Assembly: GCA_008632985.1 (NCBI GenBank)
Contig: QPGO01000122.1
Coordinates: 124,001 to 188,000 of the forward strand
Reading direction: 5' to 3'
DNA length: 64,000 nucleotides
From: Psammoneis japonica
Lineage: Eukaryota
Both the position numbers and the translations under genes were made by a program. Positions 24,701 through 35,270 of this stretch are shown here, in pieces. Under the pieces are notes generated by a model. The model saw only the letters and a list, made by a program, of their open reading frames with translations, was not told where the DNA came from and did no database searches. How positions within the stretch are numbered: position 1 is the stretch's first letter; each line of letters begins with the position of its first letter.

Positions 24701-27224
24701 CTCTCTTTCTGCTCATGTTGCCAAAGTGCCATCAAGCTGGATTTAAAAAAAAAAAACTTGCAACACTTTTGAGCATTCTTGACAGAACTTGCTGCAATGT
24801 TTGCCTCTTCACTCAAGGCAAGCAATGATCAGAACATTGGTGCACAGCACATTGGTGCTGTTTCTTGAGCTCCCACTCACACATTGACTTAAAAAAAGGC
24901 CTTGCTGCTGGTGGCATCACAATGCTGGTCAATGGCGCCATTTTGCCTGTGCAAGGTGCACAAAACAAAGGGCTGATTTGGCCAGCTCTGTCAATGCAAA
25001 GGCCATCACTGGAGACACTGTTGGGGTGGCCAAAGGTTTTTTGGACCAAACCCTCCATTCAAGCTCAAGGATGCACAATGTTGTCAAAATGGAAACAACC
25101 CAAGTGCCATGAAGTCTGGAACAGAATGGCAGGGCAAGCTCTGAAAAAGGTGTGTGGGACTTTGACATTGGGCATTTTTACATTGTGTCACTGGCCTCAC
25201 CAAGCAAGGGCAAAGTTGAGGTTGTGTCATCACCTGTGCAACAGTCAAAATGAAAGCTGTCCTCATGACAAAGCCAGAAGCTGGACCAGATTTGTTTGTG
25301 ATTGTGAGGACACTGTGAACTTTCAACGCTGGGTTGCCAGATCATTGGACCAAAGAATTGGGCTGCAAGAAGAAAGTTTTGGCTGGTCATGTTCTTGATC
25401 TGTTGGCAAACAGTTGCCTGGAGCACATGAAGTTTGAGTTTCAGCTGTGTTGTCAGTTGATCAAGGGCATTTGAAAACTCACATTGTCACCAGTTCAAGC
25501 AGCAAATCTCAGAGCCACAGGGCAAGAAAACACAACAAGTGTCAGGACAACATAAAAAAATTTGCAAAAATGTTCAAATCTGACAAAAAAACAAACCAAG
25601 AAGCCTGAAGCCTTGGCTTCTGTTTGAGCACAGGTGGCAAAGGACAGCACATGTGGATCAGCTCACTCGTGGGGTTTTTTGCTCTTTTGTTGGGTTTTTT
25701 GCTCTGTTGTTGACATTTCTGTGTGGTGCAAGATTGTCCTTTTCTTTGGATGTCTGCACTGACACTTCAGTTCTCTCTAAAAAGCAACAAGACCTAAAAG
25801 GAAAATCTCAGCAGCACAGCATGGTGTGAGTTTGAGAATGTGACATGTTTGCTCACACTTTCTCTGTGCATCTGCAGCCGTTTGGTGTGAACAAACGTGC
25901 TGTCTTGCACAACCTTTTTGTTTCACCCAGCACATGAAAATGTGACAATTCTTGTTGGTCATTTTTGTTGATGTTGCAGAAAAAAGAGCAAGTCATTTGG
26001 GGCAGCAATGACAGAAAAGCAGTTTGCCTGGTGTGGCCGCCGGCTGCAATCAATGCATCAATTGCCCTCTGTTGCTCTCCAAATCTGCTTCTTCCAGTGG
26101 CTGGTGCACTCATGAATGAGCTCTCTGATTGGTTTTGGTGCAAGCCACAAGAACCAGATCTTGAGCTTGAGGTCCAGATCTGAGGCACCTGGATTTGGAT
26201 CTCTGCTGACCAGAGAGCTGCAAATGGTGCTGGGTGATGTCGGCTGCAAGCTGCAAGCAAAAACTCACTCTCAACTGCCAACAACATGCAGTGCAATGTT
26301 GATGAGAGAAAAGAGTGAGCTTGCCAAAGCTCAAACGGTGCTTGCAAACTTGTGTGCTGCATCAGCATCATGAAAAGCAGTGCAGATCATGAAAACAACC
26401 CCACACTCATGCAGAGGGGGGGGGGCATGCAGGGGGCAGGTGCAGACCACTGTCTCTCAGCCATTGGTCTCCAATCTGCACTGAAGCATTTTTGAGAGTG
26501 CAAAAAACATGGCCAGCAGATTGTTTGTTGCTGCAGGAGGTTCAGTCAGAAGATTGGCTCCCAGCCTTTTTTTGCACTTTGGTTGATCTCGCTTCTCATT
26601 GATGCAGTCACAACAATGATTTCTGTGCTTGTGTCTCTGTCAAGGGGCCTGCAGGACCAAATCAACTCTGCCACATTGCACAGAAGCACTGCTGGGGCAA
26701 ACTGGAGGTGGCTCACACATGAGTTTGCAGGTTGGATGCCCTCAAAGGTGATTTTGCTCATGCTTTGTGTGTGCTCTGATGATGCACACACAGCTTCAAC
26801 CCAAGGAAAACCCTGCTTGGCAGCATTTTTTTGTTTGTTTTGCAAATCAAATGATTCATCAAGAAAACATTAATCTTCTGAACCTGCAAGTCAACTTGCA
26901 GAAGAGCCCGGGCTTCCAGACTTGTGTGTGTGGCCTCTGGCACACACCACACACATTTTTGTAACTTTTTTTTGTTCAGAGCAAGCAACATTCATCGAGG
27001 ACCAGTGTCTGGTCTGTGTGGTTCTTCAGACAAAATTGAAAATGGCACAGGGTTGATCAGCTGCCCTGCTGTGCATCAGCCAGCCATGCAACCCCCACTC
27101 TTGCTCTTGTTTGTGGCTCGCAGCTGTGTGAGCCTTCACCTCCTCCTGGGTGCCAATGGAGTCAGCGGTTTTCAAGTTTTGCTGGGGTTTGTGTTTTGTT
27201 TCTGATCAGAAGATGTTTCTGTTT
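24700..27224. repeat. Decayed repeat-derived DNA of unassigned class; target of the copia insertion
   Basis: Same TpA/CpG-depleted composition; no recognisable intact ORF. Confidence 0.45.
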
Positions 27225-27457
27225 GGTCACGACTCAACGTCATTCTGGTCGCATCTCACGACTGCAACCCAGACTCAGATTTTCTCTTCGAAACAATTGG
27301 CTCATCACAAAATCGATTCAAACAGAAGCAACGACATTCGTCATAATTTTTAGACAACGACTTTGAACAAGCGTCTGTTTGCCTCTGTGCTGCTCACATT
27401 GCTGCCAACCTCCGAGGTCTTGTCCATCCTACCCAGCTGCAGGACTGCATCTCGACT
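27225..27457 (+). repeat. 5' LTR (hypermutated)
   Basis: Ungapped match to 34234-34466 with 12 substitutions. Confidence 0.95.
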
Positions 27458-27619
27458 GGTCACAGAACCCAAGTTTACGCGTTGACGAGAGCTCCTGACC
27501 GAGTCATCGTCACGGATGCTTTCGGTTTTGATTTTGAAGCAAACCCGGGAAATGGCTGAGTCTCTCTCGCTTCTCTCGTCTTCATTCTAACAAGAACCTC
27601 CCATGCCACACTCTCTGTC

Positions 27620-29050
27620 ATGGCTGCCATCTCGATCCGGCTGTTCTGGCGAAGGCGTTTGCCGACGCAATGGCCGCCAACGCCGCAGCGACCGCTCCTC
27701 TGCCTCCAACCAAGCCGTTGTGTGGTGGAATTCACCCAACCCACGGGGCCCACATTGGTGGTTCCAAACTCAACGACAGGTGTGAACAATCCAACGACAG
27801 AACCTGCTGACTCGCCTCTCAGCGCCGTCATCCCAAGGCTCTTGACTCAACAGAACGATCTCTCCGCGATCAACAAGCTTCCGCAATGACTTCCAAGTTC
27901 AACGGTCGACTTGAGATTTTGGACGGTCCCATCAACGAACTTGACAAGGACCATTTCGTCAAGACCATTCGAGATCTAGCAGAAGCCCACGGTCAGCAGA
28001 CGTTCTGCCATGTCAAGAACAGCGACGACACGGTTCAACGCATCTTCGATCATCTTCACGAGCCCACTGTGACCGATCTCGTGAACGAGCACACGGTTTG
28101 GAAAGCAGCCACCGATGATGCCAAGTATGACGAGATCAAGCTCGACGACATCGGGCTCTCTCAACTTCTCGTTCACTCAAGAATCACCAACGCCTTTCGC
28201 GAGAAAATCGAGACCAAGTTCAACCATCTCCAAGACTGCCAAGACTGCCCTGGATCTGTTCTGTTCATGATGGCTCTCGACACTTGCAATGCCAGCGCTC
28301 TAACGGACATTGAGACGGCCAAGAAGCAGCCAGAAGACCTTGGTTTGGTCAACCATCCCGGCAAGGATTGCACGGACTTTGCCACCGAAGCTCTTCGCAT
28401 CGTGAAAATTGTGCAGACCGACTGCGCGCTTCCAGCGAACACAAGCTCCAAGCTGCTCCACAAGATCTCCTCTACGTCCTCTGAACACTTCAATCGGCGA
28501 GTCCGCAACAAGCTCGACGACGTCAAGGCTATGGAACGCAAGTGCCGCCTCAAGAATCCTGCTGACATCGTGTCCGACAGCGATTGCAACACGCTCGGAC
28601 CGGTCGGCATCATTGTGTGGATTCAGGAGCAACACAACGAACTCGTGAAGGACGGGGAGTGGCCTGCATTGGTCGCCAAGCTACCCGAGAGCAATCTTTC
28701 GACTGCGGATGACCCTGGGAAGACGAAGCACTGCTTTGGTTGCGGTCTCGAGGGGTGCACCAAGAAGACGTGCCCGAAGTGCAACGCCAAACCGCCGCGC
28801 AACGATCCTCCTCCCAATCCGCCGCCTGCAGCCGACCCTTCTAAGAAGAAGAGGTGACCCATCGCTGCCTGGCGTGCTAAATTTGACAGGGAAACGAAGA
28901 AGGATGAGAATGGCAAGGAATGGAAATGGTGTGCCACGTGCACGGCGAAGGGTGCCGACAAACCTGGAATTTGCCAGAAGCACTCTACCGCGGAACACAC
29001 GAAGACCACCACAAGCGCCCTCCCAAGGAGACCCCAGCCGGGAATTTGTC
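27620..29050 (+). pseudogene. gag region of the copia element with a degenerate zinc knuckle
   Basis: ORF pieces 27620-27889 and 27886-28857; CFGCG.EG.TK..CP knuckle; WKWCATC-type motif at about 28920; interrupted by stops or frameshifts. Confidence 0.7.
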
Positions 29051-30439
29051 TTCTGTTGCTGATCCGGATGGTGGCGTGCCCATGGGTCCGCCAGCTCAGA
29101 CTGCCATGGAACCAGAGGGAGACGACTCCGACCCCAACGAGTTGGTTTTCTCAGGAATGTGGTGCGCGGCTACGGATGCCGTTGCCGACCCAGATTTCTG
29201 TTCCGCCCCTGTTGCTGCTGCAATTGTTGTCACTCCGGCTTCTTCGGCCGAGAGGGAGAGCGATGCAGTCGTCAGCACTGAGGTGGTTTGCAACGAAACG
29301 AGCCCACCTGCACTCACCTCAGTCGTGGATCCAGTCGTGTCTCCCATCGTGGTTGAGACTGTCACTCCCGAAGATGCCGATGACTTCTGCGAATGCTCCG
29401 ACGCTTTCTCTACATTTGAAAACGAACCACCAGCTATTGAGTTGTTTCCGGCCTCGAAGCTGCACTCCATCAAGCATTCAGATGAGTTCTTTGACGCTCC
29501 CGCACATTTGATGGACATGCTGTCAGACGACACAAAGTTGGATCTCATCCTTGAACACGACGTACACTTTGAAGACGCACACCACGACTCACCTCCGTGT
29601 GTCACATGTCGTGGCTTTGATTTCTACGATCCAGAGGTCCTGGATGCGGATGATTGTCACGAGGACGTCGAAGACGAGCCCACTTTGCGTCGATCAATCT
29701 TGGGACGGGTCAAACTGTTCATGTTCTGGCTCGCCGCCATGTTTTGGGAAACGGCACTACATCTTTGCTTTGCTCCGATCCCATGCATCCCTCGAGCTCT
29801 ATGCCGCCAGCGCAAACTCCCAACCTTGCACGGGTTTCCAGCCTCCTGGATGGTCCCATCCGTTGCAGTGATGGCATGGTCAGCAGTTTGCGCCGGTCAA
29901 CAGCCCGAGTGTCCATTCTCGAACGTTCCAAGCCGTTTTTCGACCGCTGGCTCTCAAGTCTACCATGTTGTGGAAGAGCTAGATGACCGGACAGTGTTGG
30001 ATGCGGGGTCACTGTTCGAACATCACAGGATCAAAGGCACGCAAGTGCTCACCGAGTTTGTCGCGCGCCATCCATCACACGCACTGAGCACTCGTCTCAA
30101 GGCCCACTGGGAGAGCCTGGGAGCAGCTGAACGGTCTGATGCGATGGACGAATCAGCCTTCTTTGACACCTGTGAGGAACTGGAACCTCTCGACGACCAG
30201 AAGTATTTCTTCGACGCTCTTGAGGACTTCAGCCCGGATTTCTTCCGGTTTGACGAGCTCTGTCTGCCGAATCACATCGTGGACACTGCCCATTTTCAAG
30301 ATCCTGTGGAACTGTTGGAGGAAGCAAGTGTCAGACCCGTCGTCTACAACACCTCCACCATCCAACTGCTCACTGGACAATCTCAAGCCGACCTCCTTGC
30401 ATCCGATCCGCAGGCACTCATCGGCCTGTCGGACGAGGC

Positions 30440-33400
30440 TCTCGGTCGTCATGGATGCTGGTGCCACGCTGGCTGTTGCCCCCGACAAAGATGATTTTAC
30501 GGGGCCTGTGACTGTTCCCAAGAAACCCTCACAGATCAATGGGATTGCCAATGGTCCAACCATCCAGGGTGCAGGTCCGGTTGCGTGGGTGTTCACAACG
30601 CCGAGTGGCGCAGCCATCCAACTGAACACCATGGCATGCTACGTCCCTGGAGCCCGTCAACGCCTGCCATCGCCTCAATGCCTCTTCAACGAAGAGAAGG
30701 GGGCACGTGGGAAGCATGAGGGTGATGAAACCACTTTCCGTTTACACATTGACGGGATGGGCAAGTTGGTCGTGCCATGTCATCAACCAAGCCACTTGCC
30801 CATTGCGTCGATGACCAAGGGCGCATCTGCCGCTCCACAAGTGAATCTACAGATCCTTGACGAGGAGAATCAAAACCTCACGGCAGGCCAGAAGCTTCTT
30901 GTCGAAATGCACGCCCGTTTCGGCCATTTGAACTTTGGTCGCGTCCAAGCACTTCTCCGCGCAGTTCCATTCCTTTCGAACCGTTTCAAGTCCGCAGCGA
31001 AGTGTGACCACCCAAGATGCGAGGCATGCGAGTGTGCTAAAGGTCACAGACGCTCCCTTGGATCTACTCACAAGTCGACAGTCCCTGAATGCGACGGGGC
31101 CCTTCGAGCTGACCATCTTCGACCGGGTCAGGCTGTCAGCGTTGATCATTTTGAGTCGCGCCTTTTAGGCCGAACCTTCGACTCACATGGCAAAGCCACG
31201 TCCAAGCAATTCAAGGGCGGTTGCATCTTTGTCGACCATGCCTCTGGATGTGTCCAGGTTGAGCACCAACTTGGTTTCTCCACTGTTGAGACGATTCGAG
31301 CAAAGCAAGCGTTTGAGAAACATGCTTTGGACCACGGTGTCATCGTCCAAGAATTTCTTGCCGATGGTGGCGCTTTCAAGGCCAACGCTTTTGTGCAACA
31401 CATGCGAGACCATGAACAACGTCTCCGTTTTTGTGGAACCAACGCCCATCATCAGAACGGCGTCGCAGAGCGGGGTGTCCGAAGCATCTCCAACATGGCG
31501 AGAGCGATGTTGCTTCATGCATCAATCCACTGGAAAGGGGGAATTGACAGCTCCCTGTGGCCCATGGCTGTTTCTCATGCCACGCACATCTACAATGTCA
31601 CCCCAAATTCCAAGGGACATTGCCCAGTGGACATTTTCACCGGTTCGACAGTGCCAAGACATCGATTGCGAGACATTCACACATGGGGATGTCCAGCGTG
31701 CGCACTTGATCCAACCCTTGCTTCCGGAAAGAAACTCCCGCGTTGGGAACCTCGCACTCGTCGCGCTTTGTTCGTGGGACTCAGTGCCATCCATTCCAGT
31801 GAGGTTCCTTTGGTCCTCAATCTACAAACTGGCAGTGTCACTCCTCAGCATCATGTGGTCTTTGACGATCTCTTCACAACCGCGCCATCAATCGAGAGGG
31901 AGACGGATCCACCTGATCACTGGGAACACTTGTGCCTCAACCAATCGACATGCATCCCTCTGGAGAAGGATCAAGCAGTTCATTTGCACGATGAGTGGCT
32001 TGCCCCTCCAGAGCGTCAACGTAAAGAGCGAGAACTGGCCAGAGCAACACGTGTTCGCGGCCATTTTGAGCCTGCTCCATCAATTGCTGTGCCGGATTCA
32101 CCCACTTCTCGTGACGACGTCACCGATCGAGTCGCACCTGCGACTCAGCAGCCAACGCCACCAGTCCCACCTGCGACTCAAACTCCTGCAGACTCCACGG
32201 ACTCTACGCCAATTCAGCCACCTGAACCTCAAGATGGCAACGAACTTCCGCCACCCAAAGTGCCGGCGGAACCAACAGCTCCTCCCCCAGTCGAGACACC
32301 TCCTGTGACGAATCCAGAGGGAGCACCAGGGCTGCGATGGTCTTCACGGTCAACCAAGGGACAGCTCAACTCTGCCAAGTTTGCAGATGAGGTCCACCTC
32401 AGCTCCGTCGAGGAAATGCCACCACCGATCGGACACGAGGCTCAACTGGCATGTCTGGCAACTCTCGAGATGGATTTGGACAGTGGCGCCATCAATGTCG
32501 GCGATCCATGAGCCTACGCAGCTAGCAAGAAAACCAAGGACCCTGACATGCCTTCGTCACACAATGCTCTGAAAGGTCCAGACACCGACGAATGGACCAA
32601 GGCGACGAAAATTGAAGTCAACGCACTCACACATCGTCGAGCCTGGAAAGCAGTCGAGCGTCAGCCGCACATGAATGCACTTCCAGGTGCATGGGCACTC
32701 AAGCTCAAGAGACTCCCAGATGGAACCCCTCTCAAGTGTGAGGCCCGATGCTGCGTCCGCGGTGATTTACAGAAAGAAGGAGTCAACTGCTTCAAAACCT
32801 GCGCGCCGGTTGTGCAATGGTCCAGCGTCCGACTCATGCTCACTGCGGCATTAAAGGAGGGATGGACCACATGTCAGGTGGACTGTGCCACAGCCTTTTG
32901 CCAAGCTGATGTCACCGAGGAAGTTCACACAACACCGCCGAAGGGATTTGCGCTGAGGTCGGGACTCAGTGTGGTTCTCAAACTTTTGAAAGGACCACAC
33001 GGCCTAAAACAGTCTCCCAAGGGCTTCTGCGAGAAGTTACGAGCTGGTTTAACCGAGCGCGGATGGGTGCCTTCAGCCACAGATCCCTGTTTGTATTTCA
33101 AAGAGGGTGTGATGTGTGTGGTGCACGTCGACGACACCGCATTTGCTGGAGCTTCAGCTGAAGCTCTAGAAGCAGAAATTTGCAAGTCAGGAGTCTCCGA
33201 CGACGAACATCGCCACGTGTTTGAACTAAGAGACGAAGGAGAAGTCGGCAACTTTCTCGGTGTCAAGATCAAAAAGCTCTCCGAGGGTCGATTTCTACCC
33301 ACTCAACCCGGTCTAATTGACAAGGTCCTGCGTGCCGCACAGATGCAGGATTGCAATGGAGCATCCACTCCAGCTCTGCCCACGGCTGTTGGTGCCGACA

Positions 33401-34212
33401 CGGATGGCCCACCTTTTGATGAACCCTGCAATTGTCGCTCAGTTGTTGGAATGTTGATGCACTTGGCAGCGAACAGCCGGCCAGACATTGCATGTGCCAC
33501 ACATCAAGTGGCTCGATTCTCGTTTGCACCCCGAGCGTCCCACGCTGCTGCAGTGAAGCGGATGCTCCGACACCTCAAAGCAACTGCTGCTGAAGGTCTC
33601 ATTCTCAAGCCTGCGCAAGATCATCGAGTTGATTGTCACGTCGATTCTGACTTCGAGGGGTCATTTGGTGTGGAAGATGGTCAAGACCCAGTTTCTGTCA
33701 AGTCCAGGACTGGACACCTCATCTGCTGCGCCGGCTGCCCGCTCATCTGGGTGTCCAAGCTGCAGACTCTTGTGGCATTGTCGACTGTGGAAGCGGAGTG
33801 TGTCGCACTTTCTCAAGCCATGTGCGATCTCATCCCCATTCGTGAGGTTCTCAAGGAACTCAACCACCACGCACTCGGAAAGTCTGACCGCCAAAATCCC
33901 ATCACGACTCACTCCAAGGCTTTTGAGCTCGCAAACCAAGGCACCGATGACTCACCTGTAGAGCAGAATGTCCTGCCTGCGTCCATTGTGTACGAAGATA
34001 ACTCCGCGTGCCTCAAGTTCGCACGTGTGCCCAAGTTGTCTCCGCGAACCAAACACATCGGCATCCCGCACCACTGGTTTGGGACTAAAGTCGAACAATT
34101 GGAGATCGATGTCCAACCTATCAGCACTCTAGAGCAACTAGCCGATCAGTTCACGAAGGGACTACGGACCGATGCGTTCCGTACGGCTAGAAAGGCTCTT
34201 ATGGGCTGGTAA
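30440..34212 (+). pseudogene. pol (protease, integrase, reverse transcriptase, RNase H) of the copia element
   Basis: VVMDAGA (PR), HARFGH..CEAC (HHCC), VSVDHF / FLADGG / QNGVAER (DDE), HGLKQSP, HVDD, HVDSDF, LSTVEAE, EDNSA, RTKHI, QLADQFTK; in-frame TGA at 32509-32511. Confidence 0.95.
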
Positions 34213-34233
34213 GCTCTCTCGGTTGAGAGGGAG

Positions 34234-34466
34234 AGTCACGACTCAACGTCATTCTGGTCGCATCTCACGACTACAACCCAGACTCAGATTTTCTCTTCGA
34301 AATAATTAGCTCATCACAAAATCGATTCAAACAGAAGCAACGACATTCGTCATAATTTTTAGACAACGACTTTGAACAAGCGTCTGTTTACCTCTGTGCT
34401 ATTCATATTGCTACCAACCTCCGAGGTCTTATCCATCCTACCCAGCTGTAGGACTGTATCTCGACT
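34234..34466 (+). repeat. 3' LTR (close to the ancestral state)
   Basis: Follows the polypurine tract; begins AGTC and ends GACT; followed by TSD tgttt. Confidence 0.95.
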
Positions 34467-35020
34467 TGTTTGAGACAAAAGTTGACTTTTGGAACTTTGT
34501 GTCCTCTCACAGTGCCAAGCAAACTCTGATGGTCTCCAGCTCGCCACACCAGGTCACCACGACACGGTGTGTCAAGCAGCTGTTCTTGGAGTGTCGTCAC
34601 AATCATTTTGCAGCTTTCAATGGACCATATTTGTTGTTCTTTACCCTTTTGCTACTATTTGACTTTTAGATTCCAATCATGCGGACACAACTCAACCTTT
34701 GTCTGATTTTCGCGTCAATTCGTCGCCCCTCCTAGTTTCGAAAACGAGGATTGGTGGAGAGCTCTCCTATGCTCGACGACACTTCTGAAAACAAAAGCTG
34801 ATATTCGCAACGTAACCGATCAACCATATATACACTTGCCTTTTCCCTATCATCGGGTATGCGCACTATCAAATCGCTTAACTTGGTATCCTCGGTGAAA
34901 TCTCTTTAGAAAGTGCGATACGTTGTTTGACACAGAATTACTTGTGCTGATTGACTTTCAAAACATGCCCGAGAGATTTGGCGCTCATAAACTTACTTAA
35001 TCTGATGCTCTGTCGCATAA

Positions 35021-35270
35021 GGGGCAAGCCATGAGCCGTGCTTGTTGGGAAGTTTTGAGCACAATGTCATTTACGAACGTTTGATGCAAAACTTTGATAT
35101 GGAATCCCAAACAGCTCTGATTCCAAAACTGGTGTCTGCGACTCTAGCCATTGACACCAATCATGTATTTCACCACACCTTTCCATATCGCTTCTGCAGA
35201 CATACTCGGCTATCCTTAAAGCCACACTACAGCATTTGACGACTATGGAGTCAACGGTATTCCTAATTAT
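35021..35270 (+). pseudogene. Orphan 3' fragment of a SUN-domain gene
   Basis: LLGSFEHNVIYERLMQNF..IPKLVSATLAIDTNH..YRF aligns with LLGSYEYNVNHERVLQVF..IPKLQSVTLAIDTNH..YRF at 15110-15290. Confidence 0.8.

Larger units (their letters stand above)
27225..34466 (+). mobile_element. Full-length Ty1/copia LTR retrotransposon (7242 bp), inactivated
   Basis: Two 233-bp LTRs, TSD tgttt (27220-27224 and 34467-34471), polypurine tract at 34225-34233, domain order gag-PR-IN-RT-RNaseH. Confidence 0.97.

Noticed and set aside
21950..27220. Dozens of overlapping Cys/His/Gln-rich ORFs here and in the other depleted blocks
   Set aside because: Expected by-product of losing TAA/TAG stops and gaining TG/CA; they occur in all six frames with no coherent domains
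30440..34212. Alternative genetic code (TGY or CAY read as Tyr)
   Set aside because: Neighbouring host genes use TAY for conserved Tyr normally, and non-coding LTR positions show the same change
27225..34466. Classical fungal RIP or APOBEC-type editing as the explanation
   Set aside because: Those produce C->T/G->A changes; conserved Tyr/Thr codons show the change here is away from TpA (A->G/T->C)
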